A stretch of 46,752 nt of DNA from a virus (taxonomy: Duplodnaviria > Caudoviricetes). A program made the position numbers and the translations under genes. Numbering within the stretch: position 1 is the stretch's first letter; every line of letters begins with the position of its first letter. The stretch lies in IMG/VR virus record IMGVR_UViG_3300030090_003175, positions 1-46,752 of that record. One strand, 5' to 3'. Positions 35,127-45,914 of this stretch are shown piece by piece. The notes below the pieces were generated by a model, which saw only the letters and a list, made by a program, of their open reading frames with translations, did no database searches and had not been told where the DNA came from.

Positions 35127-35414
35127 TTATTCCTTTTCTCTTAAAATTTTACTGTTAAATATATTACATTTTTCCTTCATATACAAATTGTCCATTTCAC
35201 CTTGTATTTTACTTAAAATATCATTTTTTGCATTTTCACAACAACTAACATATTTACTATCATCTAGATAGCCATCAAAACCCCAACCTTCGTTCATTTC
35301 TATAGGATTATCTTTAGGTAATTTTTGAAGTTCATCATAATTATCAGTATAACCTACTCTTGATATATCTTTATCTTTATACTTTTTTATAATATTTAAT
35401 ATTTTATTAATCAT
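35127..35414 (-). CDS. Hypothetical protein
   Basis: 95 aa; coupled to the upstream stop codon. Confidence 0.7.
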   Translation of the reverse strand: MINKILNIIKKYKDKDISRVGYTDNYDELQKLPKDNPIEMNEGWGFDGYLDDSKYVSCCENAKNDILSKIQGEMDNLYMKEKCNIFNSKILREKE

Positions 35415-37588
35415 TAGAAGTTAGTTCCAAAAAATACTGAGTCATTAACAGGTGTAGAAACTGTTCCTGTTGAATATTCAAGATATGGAATCATAGAAGA
35501 AGTTGAAGAATCTGATTCTCCAAAATAAAATGCTCTTTCTAAGTTTTCATTAGTTGTAGCGCTTCCTGGTCTTTGAGAAAATCCACTATGATTATCATAA
35601 CTATTTTGATATAAAGCATCATAATCCATCATGCATATTTTAAAAGTACTTAAACTTTGCAAATCAGATTTAGCATCTGAGTTAAAAGAAAAAGATTGAG
35701 AAAGAGGATTAGCGCCTATATTAAGTAAAGATGCAGATGAACTAATTATATTATTACCTGCACCTTGCACACCACTTGAAGAAGTGTGGCTAGAATGAAC
35801 ATCAGTAACTACTATTTCTGCAGAATATTCTTTAACAAAAAAATCACTACCACTCCAATTTGTACCATGACCAGAAAATTTATTCCATTGTTGACTATCA
35901 GCTCCTGCTGAACTATATTCTGATTTTAAAAATATAATACTTATGTCATTATGAGGAGCTGTTTCACCAGTAGGATAGGCTACTCTTGCCATCCCTCTGC
36001 ATTCAAATGTTAAATCACTAACAGTTTCAGTTATTCCAGATGAGTCAAATTCCATGTGTGTTTGAGCATGTCCGTATTGCCCAGCTGCGCTTACAAATTG
36101 TGTTGAAGCTCTATAAACAGTAACTTCTCCACAGCCTGGTCTTGCATTATTATCTCCAAATGTTGATGAATCTGATTGAGCTCCAAAAAATAATCCAGTT
36201 GCGCTATCAGCAAAATCATTATTTCTTATTAAATCAAAATTTGAACTTGTTCTTGGGTCAAATGGAGAAGTAGCATCGCTAACAAATCCGTAAACTCTTG
36301 CCTCTTCTGAACTTACAAACAAATCTGCATCTAAATATTGCGCAGAATTAAAATCTAAAGCTGTATCAGGTTTTAATATTTTAGTGTATCTATAGCTTCC
36401 GTCATCATTTTGTTTTAATGTGTGAGTAGTATAGTAATTTAAATTATTATAATCTTTATCAAATGCTACTGGTAATCCTATATTAAAACAATGATTAGAT
36501 ATTTTAAAACTAAAATTATTACGATTATTTGGTTTATAATAATTAGTGTCAACTTCTATTTTTAAATTTTTATTAAATTTATTAGAAATGTCTACACAAA
36601 AATCAGATAACTCTAAATTTAAAAACGAGGTGTTTTCGAAATTTTTTCTTTGAAATAATGTTTTAATTTTATCAGGTATATCAGCAGTATTAATAAATGC
36701 AAAAAATACTTTATCTGTTGCACCATATCCACCAATTTTTTTATTATCTTTTGTAAAATATTTACCACTACCTCCATCATCAAAAACCTCCAATCCGTAT
36801 ATATCGCATATATTATTAGCCATTATATTTTCTATATTATTTAGATTGTAAGCTTGAGCTGTAAATATAATTGCATTTTTAAAATATATACTACTACCTG
36901 CTTGAAACATATTTAAAAAACTATAATTACTTAAATCATTATTTCCAAATTCTTCTTCGTCTGTGTATTGACCTGTTGCTATAAACTCATCTGTAATTTT
37001 ACCAGCAAAACAATCAAAATATGGAATATCTTTATTTAAACGATTATATGCATTATGCATACCAAGAGTTGTATTACCGTTATTTTCGCCTATATTAGTT
37101 AAATTAAAGCCAAAATCTCTTATTACAGTATTTTCTTCATACTTATTATTTTCTAATGTTAATCCCTTGGCATATATATCAAATTCTATTTTGCAATCTT
37201 TAAATGATTTATTTATCTTAACAAGTTGTCTAACTTTTCTTCTTGTTAATAATACTTCTAAATCTGTTTCTACATTAAAATCTTGAGATTCTTCATCTAG
37301 CTCAACATTTATTAAACTAAACTCTAATTGTTGTGTTCCTAAATGTTGATTTTTATCAGGTCTAATTCCTACTACTTTATGTGGATTGTTTCCTTTTCTT
37401 TTACCTACACTCATTATACCTTTGTCCATTAAAGATATATCACCAATAGTAGATGTAGTATCGTTAAATGTTAAATCAATATCATCAAATGTTCCATCTG
37501 GTTTTTTATAAAACAATGGAGCGCTAATAGGATAAAGCCTAAAGGTTGTATCATCTACTTGACAATGTGTTCTACTTAATGCTTTCAT
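35414..37588 (-). CDS. Large tail-associated accessory protein
   Basis: 724 aa, directly after the tail fibre; Ser/Gly-rich beta C-terminal domain ending VFFGTNF. Confidence 0.55.
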   Translation of the reverse strand: MKALSRTHCQVDDTTFRLYPISAPLFYKKPDGTFDDIDLTFNDTTSTIGDISLMDKGIMSVGKRKGNNPHKVVGIRPDKNQHLGTQQLEFSLINVELDEESQDFNVETDLEVLLTRRKVRQLVKINKSFKDCKIEFDIYAKGLTLENNKYEENTVIRDFGFNLTNIGENNGNTTLGMHNAYNRLNKDIPYFDCFAGKITDEFIATGQYTDEEEFGNNDLSNYSFLNMFQAGSSIYFKNAIIFTAQAYNLNNIENIMANNICDIYGLEVFDDGGSGKYFTKDNKKIGGYGATDKVFFAFINTADIPDKIKTLFQRKNFENTSFLNLELSDFCVDISNKFNKNLKIEVDTNYYKPNNRNNFSFKISNHCFNIGLPVAFDKDYNNLNYYTTHTLKQNDDGSYRYTKILKPDTALDFNSAQYLDADLFVSSEEARVYGFVSDATSPFDPRTSSNFDLIRNNDFADSATGLFFGAQSDSSTFGDNNARPGCGEVTVYRASTQFVSAAGQYGHAQTHMEFDSSGITETVSDLTFECRGMARVAYPTGETAPHNDISIIFLKSEYSSAGADSQQWNKFSGHGTNWSGSDFFVKEYSAEIVVTDVHSSHTSSSGVQGAGNNIISSSASLLNIGANPLSQSFSFNSDAKSDLQSLSTFKICMMDYDALYQNSYDNHSGFSQRPGSATTNENLERAFYFGESDSSTSSMIPYLEYSTGTVSTPVNDSVFFGTNF

Positions 37589-37676
37589 TCTTAAAGTATT
37601 TTTTATATTTTTTTACATCTTGTTGCCAAAACTTTAAAGACTCTTTTAATATTTTATTGTATTGTTTATTAGTCAT
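37572..37676 (-). CDS. Small basic peptide, 34 aa
   Basis: MTNKQYNKILKESLKFWQQDVKKYKKYFKNESIK*; TAATG coupling. Confidence 0.45.
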   Translation of the reverse strand: MTNKQYNKILKESLKFWQQDVKKYKKYFKNESIK

Positions 37677-40240
37677 TAGAAATTTAAACTTGCTACTCCA
37701 TATGCTATTTCATTATCAGCATCATAAAAAAATGATATAATATCTGTTTTGTTTGCAGCAGTTGTTAATGTAGGATTACTACCACCTGCAAATAATACTG
37801 TAGCACTACCTGATGCAGCCGAACTATCTACTCTATCCCAAACTTTATAATTAGTTACTGTCCTACTACCTGTGCCATCTTGTTTTAATAATAAAGTAAA
37901 ATTACCTGATGTTTTTGGAAATATTAAATTTAAATCTGTTATATTACCAGCTCCAAAAGTAACAAATTGTTTATTTCCTGTTAAAAAATCTACATTAGTA
38001 TCAGAAGCATTATATGTAGGTGTTACTAAATCAAAACCAACACCACAACCATCAAACTCTACAGTTCCTACTACATCAAAATTTACACTACCATCTACAG
38101 CCAATGTCAAATTTCCATTAGCAGCATCATCATCAACTGTAGTTATGGTTGTAGCTCCGTGATTTGCTACTGCTATTTCAAAATAATCTCCTGTGTCTGC
38201 TGAGTCTACAATTTTTAAAGATTGATTATTTAAGTTAAAGTCATAAATGCTTGTACCATTATAAGCTATATATACATTTTTTCCTCCTGCATCAAATGTA
38301 ATATCTCCACTTGAATCAAATGTTAAATCTCCACTTATTATTTTATCTAAACTTGCAATAGTTAAATCACCGCTTGAATATGTTACATCAGATAAATCAT
38401 TTAAAGCGGAAGCACCTCCACTTACAGTTTGCCAAGAACAAGTTCCATCACCATCTTCTCTAAGAAATTTAGTCCCTCCTGTCTCACCAGTAGATGCAAG
38501 TTCTGTTCCTTCTAAATTACAAGTAACAGTTAAATCATATGGGTCTGCATCACTACCATTAGAAGTGTCTGTCCAATTAATATCTATTCCTGTTCCTTCA
38601 ACAAATTTCCACTCTTTGTCTTGACTTATAGTAACTTCTGTTCCATCTCCGTCTTCAACTACAAATGTTGTTAGTTGATTAGTATTACTATAATTAGTAG
38701 AATGTATAGTTCCTGCACTTGATGCTGTCCAATCTATATGTTCATTAGCAACAAAATTATTTAATGAATCATGGTCTATTTCTCCAGGAACAGCTACAGC
38801 AGTTATTGTTGTTCCACTATTTGTTACCCCTACTCCATTAGAACCTAATATAGAAAAATCAGCAGAACCACCTGTATCTGAAGCTGCTGAACCACCTCCT
38901 GAATCTGTAGTTATTGTTACTCCTGTAATATCTCCAGTATTAGTTGTATAGCCATAATCTTCTATCTTTTCTTTGATAGCTCCTGCTGTCATTAAAGATG
39001 TATCGTTATCTGTAAAACTACTACCTGTATGGACTGTTGTAATGCCTACTGTTCCGCTTGTAGCATCATCAAATGTCCAAGTCCCTGTTGTTGTAAATCC
39101 ACCTGCTGTTATAGTTCCTGATGTTGTATCATCTCCACTATTAATAAGAAAAGCATCATCAACATTGATAGTAACACTACCTGAACTCCCACCACCTGAA
39201 CAATTTGTACCTGCTGTAACTCCTGTTATATCTCCAGTATTTGCAGTTGCTCCATCAGCAACATTGAGTAATGCCCTTACTGAAGATGCAGTTAAAGCTA
39301 TTGGAGGCCCTGAATCGCCTTCATCATAACGACCTAAAAGTCTATCATCTGCTATATTTGCCATTTTAGCAAGAGTAACACCTGAATCTTTAAGTCTTAA
39401 TGTATCACTATTTGTTTCAATAGTAGAATCATCTACATTTACAGCTAAAGAAACACCACCTGAACTACCTCCTCCTGATAATCCATCTCCTGCTGTTACA
39501 CCTGTAATAGTCCCTGCATTTGCTGTTGCACCATCTGCTACATTAATCATCGTTCGTAAATTAGCAGGAGTTATTTCTTCTATTACACCTGCTCCTGAAG
39601 AATCTCTTCCTAATATTCTATCTGTAGCACTAACATTTTGTATTTTAGCATATGTAATACCATCATCTTTAATTCTTAAAGTATCGCTGTTAGTTTCTAT
39701 TGTAGAATCGTCTACATTAACAGTTAATGTTACATCTCCTGTTGTCCCTCCACCTGTTAGTCCATCACCTGCAACAACAGATGTTATATCACCAACAAAT
39801 GCTGCAGTTGTTCCTGATGTTAATTGTATATCATTACCTGCATCTGTAGTAAAATATAGTTCATTTGGTGTTGCAGTCTTAACCCATAATTGTCCATATG
39901 CTACTGTATCAGATATTGCATTAGATGCCTCTTTAATCTTTAAAGAAGAACTAAATTTAGCCTCATCTTTTGTAATTGTAGTAGTACCCCTACCTATAGC
40001 TAAATTGTCTAAAACTTGTAATTTATTTGTTGTTAAATCTTTTGTTGATGTGTTTTCAATTTTGCGCAATTCTTCCATTTTAGAAGACACGTGCCATTTA
40101 CCATTTACTTTAGAACAAAGATATACTCCTCTGCCTTGTATTTGTGATAATATAATATCACCATCATTGCCTACTGTGTTAGATGGCAGAGTTTTATATA
40201 TTTTAACTCTTGAACCTTTTATGTTTAAAAGATTAGACAT
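37676..40240 (-). CDS. Tail fibre protein
   Basis: Gly/Thr/Asp-rich repeats; C-terminal LLLKQDGTGSRTV...FAGGSNPTLTTAANKTDIISF domain. Confidence 0.85.
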   Translation of the reverse strand: MSNLLNIKGSRVKIYKTLPSNTVGNDGDIILSQIQGRGVYLCSKVNGKWHVSSKMEELRKIENTSTKDLTTNKLQVLDNLAIGRGTTTITKDEAKFSSSLKIKEASNAISDTVAYGQLWVKTATPNELYFTTDAGNDIQLTSGTTAAFVGDITSVVAGDGLTGGGTTGDVTLTVNVDDSTIETNSDTLRIKDDGITYAKIQNVSATDRILGRDSSGAGVIEEITPANLRTMINVADGATANAGTITGVTAGDGLSGGGSSGGVSLAVNVDDSTIETNSDTLRLKDSGVTLAKMANIADDRLLGRYDEGDSGPPIALTASSVRALLNVADGATANTGDITGVTAGTNCSGGGSSGSVTINVDDAFLINSGDDTTSGTITAGGFTTTGTWTFDDATSGTVGITTVHTGSSFTDNDTSLMTAGAIKEKIEDYGYTTNTGDITGVTITTDSGGGSAASDTGGSADFSILGSNGVGVTNSGTTITAVAVPGEIDHDSLNNFVANEHIDWTASSAGTIHSTNYSNTNQLTTFVVEDGDGTEVTISQDKEWKFVEGTGIDINWTDTSNGSDADPYDLTVTCNLEGTELASTGETGGTKFLREDGDGTCSWQTVSGGASALNDLSDVTYSSGDLTIASLDKIISGDLTFDSSGDITFDAGGKNVYIAYNGTSIYDFNLNNQSLKIVDSADTGDYFEIAVANHGATTITTVDDDAANGNLTLAVDGSVNFDVVGTVEFDGCGVGFDLVTPTYNASDTNVDFLTGNKQFVTFGAGNITDLNLIFPKTSGNFTLLLKQDGTGSRTVTNYKVWDRVDSSAASGSATVLFAGGSNPTLTTAANKTDIISFFYDADNEIAYGVASLNF
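38900..39793 (-). repeat. Tandem coding repeats in the tail fibre
   Basis: G(D/T)IT(S/G)V units start at 39793, 39514, 39235 and 38935 (periods 279, 279 and 300 nt). Confidence 0.85.
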
Positions 40241-40241
40241 A

Positions 40242-43200
40242 TTATCTTATTGATTTATCTCTATATATTAATTCAATACTATGAATTTTAAATGTAGGAT
40301 TATGAGTTAAATTGTAACTAAGAAACGTAAAATAAACTGTATAAAAATTCTTTGCTTCTTTTACTGTTGGGTATAATATTGCTTGTTCTTTTTTTTCTTG
40401 TGAATTTGATTCTGCAAAACCTGTACTAGAAGAATAATTAATATTTCTTGTATTATTAAAATTCTCTAATCTTTCTATAAAAGATTGAGTACCTAATATA
40501 TCAGAAGTTGTTTTATATTCATCACATCCAAAAGTTGCATTTACTGTTACATCATTAACATTTGCATCTGAATTTTCATAATTAATAATTACTTTATATA
40601 GTCTTTTTTTAACATTTGGATTACCTAAATCATATTCTTTTGTTTGAAATTGAAATAGTTTATAAGAAGTATTAGTTATTCCATGTTGAGTTAAAAATCC
40701 TGTTGATTTATCTGTAGCTTCTGAATGATACCATTTATTTATTGCTCCCCACGATTGAGATTCAATATTCTTTTTTCCATATGCTATGCAATCACCATCA
40801 GCTGTAGTTACAAAATTGCTTAATTGAGGAGGATAAGTATTAGCGCTATTAAATTGAAATGATTTGTATGTTAAATACCAAGTTTTTGTTTTAAAACTAT
40901 AAACAAAACCATCTGAAGTAAACGTAAAACTTAAACCTGCAGCAACACCATTATTGTGTCCTCTTTTAATAACTATTTCTTCAGTTTTTGCATTGTATCC
41001 TACAGAAACTGCATAATCAATATTATTTTCAATATCATCTTTTACATTCCAATAATATATAGTTTCAGACATTGTTACATCATTTGTTAATTTATTTTGT
41101 AGTAAATCTATTAATTGATTTCCATCATATAAGTAACATCCTTTTGAATTTGCCCATACAATACCATAAGGTGTCTTAGCTACTTGCATTGGATGAGAGA
41201 CTCCAATATTATCATATGTTTTTTCTAAAAACTCAAAGTCTCCTGATGTATTAATAATAAATAATTTTCTCTTTTTAAATTGTAATAGTTTACTTTCAAA
41301 ATATTCAAGCGCTACTATTTCATCTCCATCGTTAATTGCAACATCAATAAAACTATCTTTTGGCAGTATATTGTATTTACCTATTGGAGATTTTAACATT
41401 CTGTCAGGAAATAATTCACCATCTTGCCTTATATTACCAACATATAACCTATTATTTGCAACAACAGCTGTTTTATAATCACATAATAATTCATTTTTAG
41501 TTAAATCTTGTGATACTAAAGTTTGAGATTCATAGCTATCAACTTCATTATAGTTTAATATTTTTTCTTTAGGTATAAAATAATGATAATATTTATTAGT
41601 TGAATCATAATTACCTGTAGATTTAAAATTTGAAGTAGTTGAATAAATTGTATTTGTTTTTAAATTTACATAAAATTGCAAATAATATATATCTGAGTTT
41701 GTATCTTTCATGTAATATTTTAATTCTTTTCTATATTCATCATTAAATGCATCTTCTCCAATATATATATCAACATCTGGACATTGACCTGCTGATATTG
41801 AAGATACTGATGTTTCAGATGTACCAGATTCAGTAGTACCTATTAAAATTTGACTTGATTCTATGTTTGATTCTTCATCAAAAATATTAACAGATGAAAC
41901 GCCTACTTGAAATATTCTTTCACCCCATCCAAATGCAGTTGCTCCACTTGGAGTATCAAAATTAAAATTTGTTTTTGTTCTATTAATATCGTTAATTGTA
42001 AAACCATTTGATAATGCAGTCCAATTTGTAGTTCTAAAATGTGTTTTAATATGTGAAAACTTTACTTTTTCCCATCTTGGATAAAAATTAGACCCATTAG
42101 TAACATTAGAAAAACCAGTTAAAGAATCAATCATAGTAAAACCATTTTCATTTTCAGGATAATCAATATAAAATTTTAAAATAATATCATCAGCTAATTC
42201 AATATCTCCATCATCAAATGATATTTGACCATAAAATGTTTTAAAAGATTTTCTTCTATTTCCAGCATTCATTTCATCAGTCCATTCATATAAATCTGAA
42301 TTTTGCCAAGTTTTATTAGCATCTACTTCAGATTGAATATCATACACTTTACCACCTATTTTATCAACAAATATAGTAGCTTGTTTAACATTTTCCATTT
42401 CAACAAAATCTGTATCTCCTAATGATAAATCTCTTTGATTATTATCTGTTACTTCAGTTCCACTTCCAAATACATCTGTAGCATTAGTTGTTCTTTTACC
42501 TGCTGTTATGATAAATTTTGGAGGATAAACTGTATCAGGTATTCTTCTATCAGAGTCTGTTCCTCTATGACCTTGAAACTCATAAGTGAATTCAAATGTT
42601 ATTCTTGAAACACTTCCTGTTGTTAATCCACTAATTTTACTATTCATATCATCATTGGATATTCCTACATCTCCAGTATTTCCATGTGTACCACACCAAG
42701 TGAAATACATTGGATTTGTTACTGTATCCTCTGCATCACTTTGTGTAATTCTTGATTCATCAATGTTTGAAGTGCTTGGGTCATCTAATGGAGGGTTAAT
42801 ATTCCAAGTTGATTGCACTCTTGTAAGTTCTGCTCCACTTTCATCTTGTAGTGGATAACTTGTTGGATTTGTTATTTCACTTGAACCTGCATGATAATAT
42901 CTTATTACTCTTCCAAGTCCATCTAAATCATCCAATGGCCAATTAGTGGTAGTCTTAGTATCCCCAACTAAATAATACTGATGATTTTGTTCATATGTAT
43001 AAGTATTAATATACTCTAAAGCATCAAATGTTTTATCAACTTCACCAGTATTTCCAGATGCACTAACCAATAGCATAGGTGGTGAAGATATTGGATTTGA
43101 CCTGCATTCATATTTATTTTTATTATAATAAAATATTTTACTTGTATTACCTGATTCAAAATTTGCATCTGATATTTTTAAAACACCATTGATATAATTG

Positions 43201-45449
43201 TAAATAGGTTTCATATTTGGATTTGGCCAAGTTAATCCTGTATTTTCTACCCATTTATCTTCATTGGCAGAATATATATTTATTTTTGATTCTGTAGTTG
43301 TATTATCATTTAAAAATATTAAATCTCCTCCAATCTCATCTGATTCAATTTTTATATTATCAAAATATACTATTTGATGATTTTCTGAACCTGTTGCTCC
43401 AGCTTGATAATAGTAAGAACCTGCGTTTAAATTAATAACCCAATCAGATGCATTATCATATTCTGGTGGAATTGTGAATTGAAACTCATATCTATTCCAA
43501 GACAATATATCTTCTGAATATGGATTGCCAGGTAAATCTTCTGTTAAATCATTAGATATAGACATTGAACTTAAATCAGGTAAAGATTTTTTAACAGATA
43601 CTGAATCTAATCTATAATCTACTTGTTTTTCCATTGGTGCAAATGCAATTCTAATAACTCTTGGAGTTCCACTATTATTAGGTACAAAAAATTTATATGG
43701 AATTTTTTTTGTTGCACTATTTGTTTCTCCTCCATAGTTATATGTTGTAATTCCATTTGTACCGCTATTGCCAATTCCAGAACTCCAAGGCGTTATATAG
43801 TTAGCAACATATAAAGTTGTGTCATTATCTATAGCAGCTGCTGTTCCTGCTGCAAATCTAATTTCAGTTGTACTATTTACTGCGGTACATACTCCTAAAA
43901 ATGTTGTAGAACCATCCACATTCAATTTATATATTTCTCTATTTTTTACAAGTGCATCAGTTGCAGCAGTTCCATCAACAGTCAATACTGCATCTCCATC
44001 AGTAGCAGCTAATGTACTTTCATTACTAACAATTCCTGTACTTGTTAAATCAAATGTGTCAACAATTGAAAAAGCTATAGCAGTTGAAGATGTAGTAGAA
44101 TATACGAATGATAAATCATACCATTGATTATCTTCTAAAGTTAAATCTTGATATAAATAACAATTAGGTGTTATTCCAGCAGAACTAAAATTTATAAAAC
44201 TATAACTACTTCCACCATTTAAATTTAATGTCCTTCCAGATGTTCCAGTTGAATCAGAGCCAAATGAATTAGCACCACTTATAAAAGTGTACGTAATTGT
44301 ATTATTTGTATTATGAGCAAATCCATCGTAAGCCATCCAATCTGTAGGAGGGTCATAATCAGTTGCACCTCCATGTCCTCCATTTCCTCCATGAATAGTT
44401 CCTCCTTCATAATCACCATTTTTTACATATTCAGTTGTTAGATTATCAGCATAATCATATGTTGTTTCTGCGCCTGATTGAAAAGAAGTTCCATTTCTGC
44501 TTTGAAATAAATATAATCCTGTATTTGTTCCATCTGTAACACTATCAGAATATATTTGCACAAAAGGAACTCTTTCTCTTCTTTGTGATGAATTATTTCC
44601 ATCTGCTCCATATCCATAATATTTATATTTTGCTCTACAATAAAAAGACATTGTATAAGTAATTCCAGATTTTAATGTATTATTACCTATAGATGTATTT
44701 TCTGGCCCTAAAGCATCACCTGCTCCCCAATTATAACTTTTTGATGGGTTATGTGTTACAAAACCTAAATCTGCTGATGTGCCATCTGTTAAAGTAGTAG
44801 ACTTAGTTCTTAAAAAATAAGAGTTGTCATAACCTATATCAGGTGAATCAATATCATCATAAGGAAAATCTGTTCCACCTTTATCAATGTAGTCAAGTTC
44901 ATCTTGATTACCAAATTTTGTATTATCTCCAGCCCAATTATATATTTTATATTTTGAAGAACTATTTACAGAACCACTAAAAGCATCAGTAATAGTTGCC
45001 TGTTTACTGCTTCCATTATAATCAGTAATTCTTCTAGATTCACCTATACCATTACCTTCAACAATAACAACAGTCATATTATTATAAAAATCATTAGTTG
45101 CGTGATTTGTTGTTGATTGAAATGATGGAGTTGCAGCTAAAGTTAAAGTAGTGCCTGAATATGATTGAACAGTCCCTTCTTCAAAACCACTTTCAAATTC
45201 ACCTCTTATAACTGTTGGACTTACATCAACAGATGTTGCAAACAAACCATAACCAAATTGAAAATTAGTATTGGAGTGAGGCAAGTTATATAAATATAAT
45301 CCTAACTCACCTCCAACACCAACAGTATTATTTTCATTTACTCTAGCATTAAGAGCAAGTGAAAGTTCATTATCTTGAATTTTTCTTTTATCTGTTGTTT
45401 GATTCAGACCTCCAGAAAAATTATTAATAAGGAAAGTTTTTTTAGACAC
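40242..45449 (-). CDS. Tail nozzle / tubular protein B-like protein with large insertions
   Basis: N-terminal INNFSGGLN...IQDNELSLALN; beta-propeller-type C-terminus (NRLYVGN, DGDEIVAL, TPYGIVWANSKGCYLYDG, TKEYDLGNPNVKKRLYKV); GTG start. Confidence 0.75.
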   Translation of the reverse strand: MSKKTFLINNFSGGLNQTTDKRKIQDNELSLALNARVNENNTVGVGGELGLYLYNLPHSNTNFQFGYGLFATSVDVSPTVIRGEFESGFEEGTVQSYSGTTLTLAATPSFQSTTNHATNDFYNNMTVVIVEGNGIGESRRITDYNGSSKQATITDAFSGSVNSSSKYKIYNWAGDNTKFGNQDELDYIDKGGTDFPYDDIDSPDIGYDNSYFLRTKSTTLTDGTSADLGFVTHNPSKSYNWGAGDALGPENTSIGNNTLKSGITYTMSFYCRAKYKYYGYGADGNNSSQRRERVPFVQIYSDSVTDGTNTGLYLFQSRNGTSFQSGAETTYDYADNLTTEYVKNGDYEGGTIHGGNGGHGGATDYDPPTDWMAYDGFAHNTNNTITYTFISGANSFGSDSTGTSGRTLNLNGGSSYSFINFSSAGITPNCYLYQDLTLEDNQWYDLSFVYSTTSSTAIAFSIVDTFDLTSTGIVSNESTLAATDGDAVLTVDGTAATDALVKNREIYKLNVDGSTTFLGVCTAVNSTTEIRFAAGTAAAIDNDTTLYVANYITPWSSGIGNSGTNGITTYNYGGETNSATKKIPYKFFVPNNSGTPRVIRIAFAPMEKQVDYRLDSVSVKKSLPDLSSMSISNDLTEDLPGNPYSEDILSWNRYEFQFTIPPEYDNASDWVINLNAGSYYYQAGATGSENHQIVYFDNIKIESDEIGGDLIFLNDNTTTESKINIYSANEDKWVENTGLTWPNPNMKPIYNYINGVLKISDANFESGNTSKIFYYNKNKYECRSNPISSPPMLLVSASGNTGEVDKTFDALEYINTYTYEQNHQYYLVGDTKTTTNWPLDDLDGLGRVIRYYHAGSSEITNPTSYPLQDESGAELTRVQSTWNINPPLDDPSTSNIDESRITQSDAEDTVTNPMYFTWCGTHGNTGDVGISNDDMNSKISGLTTGSVSRITFEFTYEFQGHRGTDSDRRIPDTVYPPKFIITAGKRTTNATDVFGSGTEVTDNNQRDLSLGDTDFVEMENVKQATIFVDKIGGKVYDIQSEVDANKTWQNSDLYEWTDEMNAGNRRKSFKTFYGQISFDDGDIELADDIILKFYIDYPENENGFTMIDSLTGFSNVTNGSNFYPRWEKVKFSHIKTHFRTTNWTALSNGFTINDINRTKTNFNFDTPSGATAFGWGERIFQVGVSSVNIFDEESNIESSQILIGTTESGTSETSVSSISAGQCPDVDIYIGEDAFNDEYRKELKYYMKDTNSDIYYLQFYVNLKTNTIYSTTSNFKSTGNYDSTNKYYHYFIPKEKILNYNEVDSYESQTLVSQDLTKNELLCDYKTAVVANNRLYVGNIRQDGELFPDRMLKSPIGKYNILPKDSFIDVAINDGDEIVALEYFESKLLQFKKRKLFIINTSGDFEFLEKTYDNIGVSHPMQVAKTPYGIVWANSKGCYLYDGNQLIDLLQNKLTNDVTMSETIYYWNVKDDIENNIDYAVSVGYNAKTEEIVIKRGHNNGVAAGLSFTFTSDGFVYSFKTKTWYLTYKSFQFNSANTYPPQLSNFVTTADGDCIAYGKKNIESQSWGAINKWYHSEATDKSTGFLTQHGITNTSYKLFQFQTKEYDLGNPNVKKRLYKVIINYENSDANVNDVTVNATFGCDEYKTTSDILGTQSFIERLENFNNTRNINYSSSTGFAESNSQEKKEQAILYPTVKEAKNFYTVYFTFLSYNLTHNPTFKIHSIELIYRDKSIR

Positions 45450-45598
45450 TACTTGCCTTTTATTTTGTCAACGATAGGTTTTAATACCATATCCCAAACT
45501 AAATCGTCTTTTTTAGACGGACTTAATTTGATTACTTTTTCTACTACATATAGGGCTAGTAAAAAATACTCCCAATTTGCTGTAATAAGTGACATCAT
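45449..45598 (-). CDS. Small membrane protein, holin-like, 49 aa
   Basis: MMSLITANWEYFLLALYVVEKVIKLSPSKKDDLVWD...; AAGGAG RBS. Confidence 0.6.
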   Translation of the reverse strand: MMSLITANWEYFLLALYVVEKVIKLSPSKKDDLVWDMVLKPIVDKIKGK

Positions 45599-45798
45599 TA
45601 TTTATCTCCTTTTTTTATTTTTCTTTTAGCTTGACAACCACATTCAACACAAACAAAATCAGCTTGTGGATGTGCAAGTTCTTCTAACTTACAAATTCTT
45701 TTTTCATGGTCACTAGCAATTCTTTTATCTGAAGCTTTTTCTATAGCTTTCATAACTTGACCAACAACTAATTTAATTAACAATTTTTGTCCTATCAT
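45598..45798 (-). CDS. Small protein with a CxxC motif
   Basis: 66 aa; coupled on both sides. Confidence 0.65.
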   Translation of the reverse strand: MIGQKLLIKLVVGQVMKAIEKASDKRIASDHEKRICKLEELAHPQADFVCVECGCQAKRKIKKGDK

Positions 45799-45914
45799 TC
45801 TAACCAGCTTTCTTCATCTTCAAAATCAAACAAATTCCAATTATGCAAATAATAAATACCTCCAAAAAATACAATTAAAAATCCTAAAATAAAAAACCCT
45901 AACTCAACTATCAA
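45795..45914 (-). CDS. Single-transmembrane peptide, 39 aa
   Basis: TTG start; IVELGFFILGFLIVFFGGIYYL followed by an acidic tail; 4-nt overlaps on both sides. Confidence 0.5.
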   Translation of the reverse strand: MIVELGFFILGFLIVFFGGIYYLHNWNLFDFEDEESWLE

